NCBI RefSeq assembly: GCF_000142905.1
Contig: NW_013657654.1
Location: forward strand, 362,136 to 426,135
Reading direction: 5' to 3'
Source: Thecamonas trahens ATCC 50062
Lineage: Eukaryota > Protista > Apusomonadida
DNA length: 64,000 nt
Shown here: positions 34,083 to 46,200 of the stretch, one piece after another
How positions within the stretch are numbered: the first letter of the stretch is position 1
Layout: every line of letters begins with the position of its first letter
Position numbers and translations under genes: made by a program
The notes under the pieces: generated by a model
Told to the model about the DNA's origin: nothing
Database searches by the model: none
What the model saw: the letters and a program-made list of their open reading frames with translations, nothing else

Positions 34083-37000
34083 CTACTCGTCGCTGCCTTG
34101 CTGCAACTCCTTCTCGTCAATGGCGGCATCGATGGAGGAGAGGATGTCGGCGAGGAGGGCGCGCTTGGCCTTGAGCTCCGAGGTGTGGAGAGCGAGGAGG
34201 TGGCTCTTCTCGATGCCAGCGGCAAGTCGGGTGATGGTGTCCCGCTCACGGAGGAGCTGCCGGGTCTCCTGCTCGATCTGCTCGCGTGAGACGTCCTCCA
34301 GGAGCTCGGCCTCGGCGGCGAGGAGAGCGGCCTTGACGGCGGCGAGGTTCTCGGCGTACTGCGGACGGAGCTTGAGTGCATTGGAGAGCGCGGTGTGTGA
34401 GAGGCAGACAATTTGAACGTCGGTTGTCGACCGGATGGTGCGCTCAAACGGTACGTTGTAGAGGAGCTGCTTCTCGCCGAGATGCCCACCCTCGTCGAGC
34501 GCGCCGACACGCTCGCCCATGGGCATGTACACTGACGTCGAGCCCGAGGCCACAAACAAGAGCTGGCCCTTGCCGACGCCGGCCTCGACAACGGTCTCGT
34601 TGAATCCGAGCTCGATGACCTCGGAGCCAGAGACGAGGATGTCGCGGAAGGCGTCGTCGGTGTCGTCGAACATGTGGTTGGAGGCGAGGAGCCGCCGCCA
34701 GAACACAAGCGCGATGGTCCGGATGGCCTCGGACGCCAGCTTGGTTGCGGCAGCGGTGAGGGCCTTGACGTCGTCAATGGCGTCGACGTCGGTTGTTTCC
34801 AGAAGCGCTGCCATCCGCTCGCGGAGGAGCTCCGACTCGAGGCGGTCGCTCACGGTCCGCGCACGCTCGACGACACGCTGCGCGACCGGGCGAACCGACT
34901 CGAGCGAGCTGTGGACGACCAGATCGCCCAGCTGTGCCCGGTCGCTCACCAGCTGCTCGCGCACCAAGTACAGCGGCTCCTCATGCAGGCGCATAGCAAG
35001 CGACGCTGCACGGCGGCGCTCGTGGTCTGCCTGCAGCCGTGCGCGCGCGACCTGGCGAAAATGGTCGAGCAGGTCCGGATGCTGAGCAATGGCGGCGAGG
35101 AGGTCGCTCTTCGAGAGCGTGTACACCGTGACGTAGGTGACGGCCCGGACCGTAGCCGTCCGCGGGGTATCGATGAGCACTGCAATCTCACCAAAGTGGT
35201 CGGCCTCGCGGAGCCGGGCGACCTCGTCGCCAGTTTGGAGGACAACCGCGGCTTCGCCGCGGGTAAGGAACCACATGCAGTCCCCGGTCTCGCCCTCGGT
35301 GGCAATAACCGCGTTGGGAGCGTACGTCTCCTCCTTCATCTTGTGGACAAGGTCGTGGAGGAGCGACGGGTCGTCGACGGCGGCAAAAAAGGGCACGTTA
35401 GACAGTGCCTCGGCGAGGTCCTGCGCAATCGCCACGTCGGTTCCGGCCCGAAGCGCGTACTCGACCGTGTCGTCGAGCCGCTCGAGCGTTTGGTTCACCC
35501 GCTGGAGTACACCCTCGTCGCGCGGCGCGTTGACGAGGTCGTCGGTGTGCGCGTAGCAGTCACGTGCAATGTGTTCCATCGACTCGCCGAGGTGGAGCAG
35601 CTTGGCGCGTTCGCGCTCGTCGTCCGAGACCTCGGCCAAGCCGTCGAGCAGGCCCTTGACCTTCTCGACGCATGTCCGCGCGAGCGCAGCCGCCGCGCGG
35701 AGCTTGATGACGTCGCCGTCGGCGGCGTTCATCTTCATGATGACAAACCGGACGTCCTTGAGCGCAATCTCCATGGCACGCCGCCGCGAGACCCGCTCTG
35801 CCGAGTGGTCAACAATGGTGCCGGCCTTGTCGGCGCTTGCGTCATCGTTGTCGGCGTCTGATCCCGAGCCGTAAGCCGGCGACGGCGACCGCGCTCCGGC
35901 GTACGGCGGAAGCAGTGTCCGCGACGACGGGAGCTTGATGAGTGCAACCTCGGCCTTGACCGAGGCCTCAATGTCTTCAGCAGAGAGGACCGATGAGCCG
36001 GCCGAGTCGCCACGATGGACAACGCGCGACGACTGCGGCGAGAGGTGGTTGTTGTCGTGGAACGCCACTCGCCGCTGCGCCGATCCAGTCAGCGGCGAGC
36101 ACTCGTCGTCCGAGCGCGAGCCGTCCCATGACGACGCGTATGACCGGGCTTCAAACTCGTCCAGCTCCGACGGGTGGAGCAGAACATGGCGCGCAGCCGA
36201 AAGTGCTTCTGCCACCGCAGTGTCTGGCATTTCAGCATAATCGAGCAGCTCGAGTTCGGTCTGGACGCCAGCGTTGACTTGCGGGACCGCATCGCCGCCG
36301 GCCGCTGCTACCGCTGCCGCCAGCGGCACCGCAAGCGCAACGTCGACAACCGAGCTCGAGAGGTCTAGCGCGTCCTGCGGGGGGAGCAGGCCATCGGCCG
36401 CCGCCGACCCACGCCGAAGAGCTTGGACCTCGGCGTACAGCTCCTTGGCCTTGGCCTTGTACTTGGCGGTGCGCGGGTCCTTGATGGCAACCTGGACGCC
36501 GACGTCGCGAGTGGCAGCAGCAAGGGTGTCGGTGGCACTGGCTTGCGGAGAGCTCGTTGCGGCTGGCGCCGGCTGGTGCGGCGGTGACACCGCAAAGACA
36601 CCCGGCACAAACTCGACCGGCCGACGGACGGTCTTGGCTCCCACAGCAGCAGCCGCGGGGACGGAGTCCGATGCTTCGGGGGCGGCGACCGGAGAGGTGC
36701 GACGGACTCGGACCCGCTTGCGGACTCGCGGGCGGAGGGTGGCCGGATTAGGTGGATCGTCGCGGATGCGAGCGCGGTTGATCTTGGGCGCAAAGGTACA
36801 CTCGTCCGGGTCAAAGGTGTCGATGGCGAGAACGGCTGGTGGCTCCGAGGCTGCCCGAGCTTCCTCCAGCTTGGCCTTTCTTGCGGCGTTCCACTTGTAA
36901 GTCCGCTCGACGAGCGACACGCCTTCGACATCTTTCGGCCGCTTGTACGGCTTGATTCGCGGAGTAAAGGTGCACTGTGCCATGACTTCCTCGATGGCCT

Positions 37001-37643
37001 TCTCCTGCGCCCGCGCATGCTTCTCACGGTGCACATCCGCCAGCTCCACCAACCGCTGCCTTGCCGGCAGGCGGTCTCTCTCTGCCACTAGCTTTCTTGA
37101 CCGCGGAGCGAGCTGAGGCGAGAACGAGTACACCTCTTCCTGAGCCGGCAGCCTTCGACGGGTGACGTGAGAGTCGTGACCCATAGTAGCAGGAGCGCCA
37201 GAGTAAAGAGAATCGGAGGGACGATTAGCGAGGACACTATCATGACCATCGTGACCATCATGCCCATCATGCCCATCATGCCCATCATGATCATCATGAT
37301 CATGTGGCACGACGGCGTGGGTCTTGAGTCGGCTGCGATTGATTGCGGGCCAAAAAGTCAGGTCGTCATCAACAGCCATTGCCGGATATGTAAGATGATC
37401 AAGAGGCGAGACTGGTTGCAGATACCTTGGCTCATGGCTACGTGGATACTTTGAGGAGCTGTTGTTCCCTGCACCACCACCACCAGACCCAGCCCCACCA
37501 CCACCACCACCACCACCAGGACCGCCACCACCAGCACGACCTCCTCCACCAGCACGACCTCCACTACCACCACTAACCACTGTCCTCCGAGGTGTGACAC
37601 TCCCTGTCGAAGAACCTTCGTACTCTCGGAGGTACAAAGACAT
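34083..37643 (-). CDS. Cyclic-nucleotide-binding protein with two cNMP domains and N-terminal (C/Y)xFxPxI repeats
   Basis: cNMP domain 1: VPFF..EGETGDCMWFL.RG..HFGEIAVLIDTPRTATVRA. cNMP domain 2: HLGEKQLLYNVPFERTIRS. N-terminal repeats TFWPAIN, YSFSPQL, CTFTPRI, CTFAPKIN. Confidence 0.85.
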   Translation of the reverse strand: MSLYLREYEGSSTGSVTPRRTVVSGGSGGRAGGGGRAGGGGPGGGGGGGGAGSGGGGAGNNSSSKYPRSHEPRYLQPVSPLDHLTYPAMAVDDDLTFWPAINRSRLKTHAVVPHDHDDHDGHDGHDGHDGHDGHDSVLANRPSDSLYSGAPATMGHDSHVTRRRLPAQEEVYSFSPQLAPRSRKLVAERDRLPARQRLVELADVHREKHARAQEKAIEEVMAQCTFTPRIKPYKRPKDVEGVSLVERTYKWNAARKAKLEEARAASEPPAVLAIDTFDPDECTFAPKINRARIRDDPPNPATLRPRVRKRVRVRRTSPVAAPEASDSVPAAAAVGAKTVRRPVEFVPGVFAVSPPHQPAPAATSSPQASATDTLAAATRDVGVQVAIKDPRTAKYKAKAKELYAEVQALRRGSAAADGLLPPQDALDLSSSVVDVALAVPLAAAVAAAGGDAVPQVNAGVQTELELLDYAEMPDTAVAEALSAARHVLLHPSELDEFEARSYASSWDGSRSDDECSPLTGSAQRRVAFHDNNHLSPQSSRVVHRGDSAGSSVLSAEDIEASVKAEVALIKLPSSRTLLPPYAGARSPSPAYGSGSDADNDDASADKAGTIVDHSAERVSRRRAMEIALKDVRFVIMKMNAADGDVIKLRAAAALARTCVEKVKGLLDGLAEVSDDERERAKLLHLGESMEHIARDCYAHTDDLVNAPRDEGVLQRVNQTLERLDDTVEYALRAGTDVAIAQDLAEALSNVPFFAAVDDPSLLHDLVHKMKEETYAPNAVIATEGETGDCMWFLTRGEAAVVLQTGDEVARLREADHFGEIAVLIDTPRTATVRAVTYVTVYTLSKSDLLAAIAQHPDLLDHFRQVARARLQADHERRRAASLAMRLHEEPLYLVREQLVSDRAQLGDLVVHSSLESVRPVAQRVVERARTVSDRLESELLRERMAALLETTDVDAIDDVKALTAAATKLASEAIRTIALVFWRRLLASNHMFDDTDDAFRDILVSGSEVIELGFNETVVEAGVGKGQLLFVASGSTSVYMPMGERVGALDEGGHLGEKQLLYNVPFERTIRSTTDVQIVCLSHTALSNALKLRPQYAENLAAVKAALLAAEAELLEDVSREQIEQETRQLLRERDTITRLAAGIEKSHLLALHTSELKAKRALLADILSSIDAAIDEKELQQGSDE

Positions 37644-37835
37644 GTCGTCTGAAGACGGAGGGAGGTGGGGCTGTGTGGTTGGGAGGGGGGGGGGGAGGTG
37701 GGGGGTGGGGAGGAGGGGAAGGGGGAGGCCGGGGCGGCAGTTGGGCCTTGATCATGCTGCAGATCGCCATCAAATGTCCTGGCGGGGAAAGTGGAGGGCT
37801 GGATTGGGCTGGATTGGTGCGCGCGGGCGGGGGAG

Positions 37836-37837
<2 letters not shown>

Positions 37838-37895
<58 letters not shown>
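37838..37895. repeat. (GA)n microsatellite
   Basis: Read directly from the sequence. Confidence 0.95.
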
Positions 37896-37901
<6 letters not shown>

Positions 37902-38701
37902 GAGGAGGGGATGGTTAGAGGGGGAGGGGGGGGAGAGAAAGAGGGAGATTGTCCTGGATGTGCGTTTTGATGCGATATCGCGCGAATTATCCTGCGCACG
38001 CCGAGGCATGGCTGCCTTGGTTCCGGAGTAGGGGGGGAGGGTTGTGATCGTGGTGGGAACAGAGATAGATGCTAGTGAGGGACAGAGGAGGGAGGAGATG
38101 AAGGGAGAAGGGGGGTGGGGCGGGGGGGAGCACTGTGGTTGAAGTTGAGGAGCATGACCAAAGCTGCCCCGGAATTCGCGATCATTACCCGGAGCGGTAC
38201 GCTCGTTCGGACGCGTTGTCGCTTCAACACCAAGCCGACCCGAAAGGAGTTCAAGATGCATGCGCTGTGGGATCCTCGAAGCGGATGCACATGCACTTGC
38301 TTCATACTCTGCGTTCATTCACACATCCAAGAGGAGCTGACCAGACTTGCATCAGCCATCATTCTGATGGAAAACTGCTCCTGTCGGTCGCTTCAATCTA
38401 ACACAGTGATCGGTGATCGTTCCATCCCAGTCCCCTCCCTCCCCCCCCCCCTCCCCCCTCCTCCCACCCCATACTCACCCACCCAACAATAGAGCTATCA
38501 CCATCACCATCACCATCACCACCTTCACCCAAATCGTCGCCATCCCCCCCCCCCCCCACACCACACAGCCGCAATTTTTCCCCCACCCCCACCCCCACCC
38601 CCCCCCTCTCCAACCAAACCCGCCGGCGACAGACAGCAACAGCAACAACAGCGACAAGGGCGACCACCGCACCCTCCCCCACCCCGTCCTACTCGCCCAC
38701 T

Positions 38702-41700
38702 ATGCACACATACCACATCCTCACAACAATGCTATGCATACTATGTGCAATGGGCACCCTCTCTGCTGCTTCCCATGTCTTCCAGCCACCTACCAACCTT
38801 GCACACCACAAGTCCTCGGCACACCTTGCCCGTCTTGCCATGACAACCAAGTCGGCGAGTCAAGCTGCGACGAGCCAAGGCGACAACCATGATGCTGCTC
38901 ATGGTGGTGGTGAAAAGGGTGCCACCGTTCGCGCCTTTTTCCATCTTGACATGGATGCCTTGCATCCTTTGCGCTCGTCGCCACGAGGCGAGGACCGGCG
39001 AGTGATCGATGATGACGGCCAAGGCGACGATGCTCGGTGGGAGAAGGCGCTGTATCGGATGGTGCTCAAGCTGCCGATCACAGAGAAACGAAAGGCGGCG
39101 GCGATCGACTGCTTTACCGCTGTTGACGGCATGGTCTACGTCGGGGCAGAGACGTTTGTGGTGCGGGCTGAGGCTGCACCGGCCCACGGCAGCTGCGGCG
39201 CTGTGAGCGAGCACGGCCCGTGGCGTACGAGCCATGATGGGGTGGCTCATGCTGCTATTGATGGTCAGGACGAGGTGGTGATCATGGTATTCCCGGCAGC
39301 CGACGACGAGCTGGAGGCGGCGGTGGCGACGCTCCAGGCCCGGTTGGGCGGCGCGGCCCGCGTGGCGCTGACCCCGCCAGGGCTGGGGTCGGCACCACGG
39401 GCACTGCTCCGTGAAGTGCGGATTGGGGCAGTGGCGGCTGTCGGCATGGACAAGGTGCTTGCCGGGCTCGCCGAGAGTCCAATGGGTGCACTGGCTGTCG
39501 ACGTGCGCGCCGGCGTCCGGAATGCGGCGCGCGAGTTTCACAACGCGTTTGCGTCGTGGGCGGTCCAGTCGGCGCAGGCCGAGTTCCGGCCGCTGTCTAC
39601 GGCTGGCATTGACGGCTCGTCGCAGATTGTGGGCGTGGCCGACACTGGCGTCGACACTAGCTCATGCTACTTTGCAGACGTGTCCGGCGAGCCCGTGCCG
39701 TACAACCCGGCGGCCAACGCGACGGGTGCCAGTGGCAGCTCGCGGCACCGCAAGATTGTCGGCTACTTTACACAAAATGGCGATGGCGGCGACTCGCTCG
39801 CCGGGCACGGGACGCACGTGGCGGCGACGATTTGCGGCGCGGCAGCCGGGCCCGAGTCGATGGCAGCGGCGGTGGCGGAAAGCGCAAAGTTCAACGGGAT
39901 TGCAGCCGGGGCGCGGCTGGTGGTGGAGGACCTGCTCGCCGACGCCGACCAGGCACCGGCCGGGACGGTCGACGGCGGCCACCCGGACGACGTCGGCATT
40001 GATCCGAGCTACTGGCGGATCGAGAACTTGCTCGCACGGCAGTTCAGTCTCGGGGCGCGGCTCTCGTGCAACGCGTGGGGCCTGGCAGCGGATCGGTCGC
40101 AGGACATGGAGCCTGGGACGTACGGCGAGGCTGCGCGGGCTGTCGACAGGTTTGTGTGGGAGAATCCGGACATGCTCCCGCTGTTTTCGGTGGGCAACGT
40201 GGCGGCGGCACAGGTCTCGTCGCGGGCAGCGCACCAGATCTCGTCTGTGGCAACAGCCAAGAACGCGCTGTCGATCGGGGCCTCGTTTGCACCGCGCGAG
40301 TCGTGGGCGCTGGACCTCTCGCACGACGCAGTGATGCTGACGGTTGCGGGGCTAGAAGTGACGGCAGTGCCGGGTGAGTTTGGATCGCGGGTCCCGGTGC
40401 CCGAGGGCGTGGCCGGCAGCCTGCGGCTTGCAGAGCCTGTGGATGGGTGCGGGGTGTATGCCAACGCTGCGGCCTTTGCCGACGGCAGCAGCTACGCGCT
40501 GGTCCGGCGTGGCGGCTGCCGGTTTGTGACCAAGGCAGCGGCCGCGGCCGCGGCCGGCGCCATCGGCATGGTTGTGGTGAGTACGGACGAGCGGTACCTC
40601 ATCATGTCCGGCGATGCTCCCAAACTGGCGCTCGTTGCGCTTCTCGTGCGAGCGTCGGACGGCAACGCCATGGTGGCGGCAGCCGACGCGAACGGCGGCG
40701 CCGTGGCGTTTGTGGCAAGCAGCGCGAGCGATACAAACGTGGCGCCGAGCGACATTGCGGTCTCGCTCGGGTACAAGGCTTGGAACTCTGCGGCGGGCCC
40801 ATCTGTCGACGCGCGGTTCAAGCCGGAGCTCTACGCACCGGGATACAAGGTGTTTTCTGCGGCGGCGGGGCCGGGAGCGGCGGCGTGCGGCGCGGCGGCG
40901 CGGTTTGTCTCGGGCGGTACGTCGTCGGCCGTGGCTGTCGCGACCGGAACGGCGGCATTGGTGCGCGACTACTTTGTCAAGGGCTACTATCCAAGCGGGG
41001 CAGCGAGCGCGAGCGGGGCGTTCTCCCCTTCTGCCGCGCTCGTCAAGGCCGTGCTGGTCAACGGGGCGGTCCCGCTGACGATGACGTACTCGGGCGCCGG
41101 GCCGATGGTGGGCGACGTGACTGACGGTCGCGACTACGTGCCGCTCGCCGACAAGGTGCCGTCGTTCGAGCAGGGCTTTGGACGGCTGATGGCGTCGGAG
41201 AGCCTGCCACTGGCGGACGGGTCGACGTCGCCGGGCGCGTTCAAGGGGCTAAGCTGAGGCGAAAGCCGTTTGATCTGTATGTCAACGACTCTGCAGCGAT
41301 GGGCGAGAGCGGCGAGGTGCACTCAATGTGCGTGCGAGTGGTTGCGGCGGCCAAACCGCTGCGAGTCACGCTTGCGTGGACCGATTTTCCGGTGGACATG
41401 GTCCAGCGACAGTCGCTCCTGCGCAACTTGGTCAACGACCTCGACCTCGTAGTCTCGTGCTTTTCGGGCCACGACAACACGCAGACGACGTACGCTGGCA
41501 ACGGACGAATCGAAGCATCGTCGCAGGGCCTGTACTGGACTTTTGACACCATCAACAACGTGGAGACGGTCCGGGTGCCACACCCGGGCGTGGGCACGAC
41601 GTGCAAGATCAGCGTTGTGGGCGGGTCTGTGGTGCTCGGGCCGCAGCGGTACGCGCTGGTGGTGAGCGGGTACTTTGAGACAGCGACGTGCGCCGGGACC

Positions 41701-42252
41701 AACACGTGCATCGACGGGTGCTACGGGCGCGGGCTGTGTAATGACGGGGTGTGCGAGTGCCAGTCGCCGTTCAAGGGCATTGACTGCTCGCTCACTCCGC
41801 AGCCGCTCTCGACGAGCGGGCGGGTGGTGACGACCGAGATCCAAGCCAACTCGTGGGCGTACTACTCATTCCGAGTGACCGACCTCAGCATCCCGCTGTA
41901 CGTGGAAGTGAGGCGGATGTCGGGCGTCGGCGATCCAGACGTGTACATCAATCCAGAGGAGCTGCCGGACTTTACCCGGGCCGAGTGGTTTGACACGGTG
42001 ACCGACAACGGGCCGACGCCGATCAACCACCACGTGATCCGAATCGACCCCAGCGAGCTCGACACCAACAAGGTGTACTTTGTGGGCATCCACGCCTTTT
42101 GCTGTGACGACACCAAGGTTGCCATTGCGGCGCACTCGTCGGCGACGCACTCGCTGATCCTCAGCTCGTCGGCGGCGAGCGCGGGGCCTGCGGTGGCTTG
42201 GCAGTTGGTACTTGGCGCACTCGTCGCGGCAGCGGTGGGCATTGCAGTGTAG
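38702..42252 (+). CDS. Secreted or membrane-anchored subtilisin-like serine protease (S8, KP-43/TagC-like) with PA insert, jelly-roll and EGF domains; frame break at ~41245-41248
   Basis: Catalytic motifs VADTGVD, GHGTHVAATI, SVGN, KPELYAPG, GGTSSA, PSAALVKAVLVNGA, EQGFGR. PA motif ALVRRGGCRFVTKA. The downstream ORF has LRVTLAWTD..LVNDLDL..INNVETV, an EGF domain and a hydrophobic C-terminal tail. Confidence 0.9.
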
Positions 42253-42264
42253 CCGTCGCGTGTG

Positions 42265-43148
42265 CTACCACGGAATCTCTTCCAGCTCGGCAAAGAACTT
42301 GCCGTTGGGAATGTCTGGCGATGACGGAAGGGTGGCGAGATAGAGCGGAGTGATGGCGCCGACAGCGGGAGTCTTGGACGAGACTCGGCCGATGTCGGCA
42401 AAGCACGCGGTCATGTCGGTGTTGATAAAGCCCGGACAGACAGCGTTGGCGACAACGTCGCCGCCGGGAGCGAGGTTCGTCAGCTCGCGGGCGAGGCCGG
42501 TGGTGAACCGGTTGAGCGCAGCCTTGGAGACGCGGTAGCCGAGGATGGAAATGGGCGCCTTTTGGCGAGTCAGCTGGCCGGCGCGCGATGAGACGTTGAC
42601 GATGCGCCCCACTTGCCAGCGATCATCAGCGGGAGCAGGGCGCGGGTGACGGCCATGGCGCCGACGGTGTTGACGGCGATCGAGCGACGGACAGCGTCAA
42701 GGTCGAGGTCGACGACCGAGTCAGTGAGGATCTCCGTCATGACGCCGGCGTTGTTGACCAGCACATCGCAGCGGCCAAACGAGTCGGCCACAAAGCTCGC
42801 CAGCGCGGCAACATGAGTATCGTCCGTCACATCGCAGGCAAAGCCAAAGACACGCCCGTCCGCATCGCACTCTGCAGCGATCTCCTCGGCAGCTCTGGCC
42901 GCACTCTCGGCCGTCGAGGCAGTGACGACGACGTTCCATCGCGGGCTAAACGCCACAAGTCCCTTGGCAATGGCTCGGCCGATGCCGCGAGAGCCGCCCG
43001 AGACGACACAGAGCCTCGGCTCTTCGGCAACAGCAGCTCTTCGACGACGGTCCGCCGCCGCAGCTGCGCGGGTTGCGAGCATGACTCCGCCGACCATGGC
43101 TAGCGCAGCAGTGGCAATGCTTGCTGTCTTGGCCAGGTTTCCGAGCAT
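42265..43148 (-). CDS. Short-chain dehydrogenase/reductase (carbonyl-reductase-like); frame break at ~42607-42610
   Basis: Motifs VVSGGSRGIG, CDVTD, DVLVNNAG, GRIVNVSS, YRVSK, NAVCPGFINTDM. There is also an N-terminal hydrophobic segment. Confidence 0.9.
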
Positions 43149-43260
43149 GGTGGCTTGGCGGGTTGTGGGGTGCGGTGCGGGTGCTTGCATCTCTCTTTTT
43201 GTTATGTCGAATGGCGGTAGTTCTCCGGCTGCCTCTGTTCCAGCCGAGTTTAGGGAGGGG

Positions 43261-46200
43261 CTAAGGATTGAGGGTGGATGTGGCAAGTGACATGGAGCGG
43301 GATCGCGGGCGGGTGAGCGTAGAGACACCGAGGATGGCGGCGGCTGCCGAGGGCGAGGCCGTCGGCGAGAGATGGTCGCCAAGGGACGGGGAGTGGGTGA
43401 CTGATGAGTCAAAGGAGGCATTGAGGCTGTTCCCGTCGACGCTGTCTGAGTTGAGGCTCTTGGCATAGGGATTGTCAGTTGGGACGCGGCGGACATAGTT
43501 GGTGCCGACGCGGCGGCGAACGCGGCGTGACCGCGTTGCCGGCGAGGCCAGTGATGAGGCCGACTGCTGCGCGGTGGTGCGGAGCTCGGGTGACGATGGC
43601 GAGATGAGGCCGCGGTGATGGAGCTCGGCAAGCGAAGGCGGGATGGCGCGGCTCGGTTCCTTGGACGATACAAGGTCAAAATTGGCGTCTGGGGAGAAGT
43701 CGTGACTGCGCTTGGAGCGGCGTGGCGAGGGCGAGCCACGCGACATGGACGAGTTGGAGACAACGGTGCGGACAGCCGACGGCGAGCGCGAGGCAACACC
43801 CGACGGGACCGTTGCCGCCGCCGACATCGACGCTGATCGCAGATGCACAGACTCGTGAGCTAGCGGTTGCGAGGCGGCCGCGTTGGAATGGTTGCGCTTG
43901 CGCGCACGGGTCCGCGCTCGGGTCCGCACCCGGGTCCGCGACGCGGTCGAGACCCGGACGACACTCGCGAGCTCGCAGGTGGTCGCTTCGGAGCGCAATG
44001 TCCTGGCGCTGACGGGAATACCGGTTGCGAGTGGCGGCGGAGTCTCGGCAGCAAGCGGACGGGAAATGGATGCGATTTTGTTGATGCGGTCCAAGCCCAT
44101 GTCATACGCGCGGTTTGCAAGCGTCGTTGGCATGATCTCCCACACCTCGCACGATGCCGACATGCCATCAAAGGCGACGTTGGCGAGCGGGGTGACGGTG
44201 ACTTCGGCCGGCGCAAATGCAGCGTTGTCGTGCGCGTCGTCGAGATCGAGACGCGATCGGGCGGCAGCGAGCTGGTCGATGACCTCGCGCGAGGTCACAA
44301 TCTGGCCGCCGGTCCCAGTGTCGGAGACCAGCGTCGCGAGATTGACCATGCTGCCAAAGTACTGGGTCCGCCCGGCGCGGACGTCAAATGCCGACGAGAC
44401 TTGGCCATAGTGGATGCCCATGCGAACCCGGACACCGTTCCACACCGCCGGATCCCCGCTGGGAAGAACGCTGACAAGCCAGTTGGGCCAGGCAACGGCC
44501 ATCAGGTCGAGCTGGGCGCGGACGCAGCAGGCGACTGCGGCCTCGACGTCTGCGTGGGCGACAAAGAAGGCGTCACCCTCGGTCTTGAACTCGTAGCCGC
44601 CGGTGGCGGTGATGGCGGTGCGCATGATCTCGTTGTGCTTGTCGAGGACGACAATCATCTGGTCCGGGTTGATCTCCCACAGCATGGTTGAGTTCTCGAT
44701 GTCTGTGGAGATGATGAAGATCTCGCCCTGGGGAGCCTTGTCGGCGAGCGTGGCGTGGTAGGCCAAGACGGAGGCGGAGCGGCGGCGGCGGTAGGCAATG
44801 ACAAGCGCAGCAATGAGAAGAATACAGATGACGACGACCGAGCCGCCCATGGCACTGACGACCAACGGCGAGACAGTCGATGAGCGCGTAGCGGCCCTGA
44901 TGCCGTTGCATCCAGCAGCTGGCAGCGTGCAGACGCCGCAGGCATCGACGATCAGGCCCGAGTTGGGGATGCCATCGCAGCCGGCACACACGGTGTTGTT
45001 GCCGTAGCAAGTGCCACAGTCGTCCTTGGCGAGATTGGAGCCAAAGCAAGCGCCGCAGTCGTCCATGGCCGCGTTGTGACCACGGCACACGCCGCAGTCG
45101 TCGCGATCGGCGTCGCCGCCAAAGCAGACGCCACAAGAGTCGCGATCGACGTTACCGCGGAAGCAGATGCCGCAGTCGTCGCGGAAAAAGTTGGCCGTGG
45201 GAATGAGCGACGTCCCGCCGGTGCACGAGTTGCACTCGTCGATGGCGGCGGTGCCGCTGCAAGTTCCGGTGCAGTCGTAGGTGGCGGACGAGCCGAGGAC
45301 GCCGTCGCAGCCCATGATGCACGACGAGCCGTCGCCGCCACAGACACCGCAGAGATCAAAGAGCGCGCCGCCGTCAGAGACACGGATCCCGTCGCAGCCG
45401 ACGCACGTCGAGTTGTCGCCATCGCACACGCCGCAGGCATCGAGGACTCCGGACGCACAGGTGGTGCAGGTCAGATCCTGGCCAAAGCACACGCCACACG
45501 AGTCGAGGTGGTAGTTGTACGGGAGCGGAGTCGAGACGTTGCCGCCGGCACACATGCCGCAACTGTCGATGGTGGCGTTGCCGCCGCACACGCCGTGGCA
45601 GTCGTAGTGGATGCTCGAGCCGTAGACGCCGTCGCAGCCGACGTAGCATACAGTGGCGTTGCCGCCACAAACGCCACACGCGTCGAAATGTGCGCCGCCT
45701 GAGGGAATCGGCACCCCGTCGCAGCCGAGGCAGGACGAGCCGTCGCCATCGCACACGCCGCATACGTCGCGGACGAGGCCCGAGTTGGGCACCCCGTCGC
45801 AGCCGGCGCAGGTCGTGTTCGAGCCAAAGCAGACACCGCATTCGTCCTTGTGGGCGTTGGCGCCAAAGCAGACACCGCAGTCGTCGCGATCGGCGTTGCC
45901 GCCAAAGCACACGCCGCAGTCGTCGCGATCAGCGTTGGGCAGGCGGTTGGTGGTGCCACCGGAGCAGACGTTGCATGCGTCGAGGATGGCGTTGCCATCG
46001 CAGGTGCCGGCGCAGTCCATGCCGTTGGGGTGCGCACAGGTGGTGCAGGGCGCGCCTGGGGTGAGGCAGGCGTAGCCGGGCTCGAGCTGGCAGGAAGATG
46101 AGCAGCCATCGCCTGGAGCTGTGTTGCCATCGTCGCAGGATTCGAGGCCGGGCGTGACGACCGAGTCGCCGCAGGAGGAGGGCGGTGGAGGCGGCGGCGG

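Noticed and set aside
5935-37305. His/Asp-rich repeats in three genes (~5940, ~26560, ~37250) as a shared metal-binding system
   Set aside because: They are most simply microsatellite-like (CAT/GAT) expansions in unrelated disordered regions.
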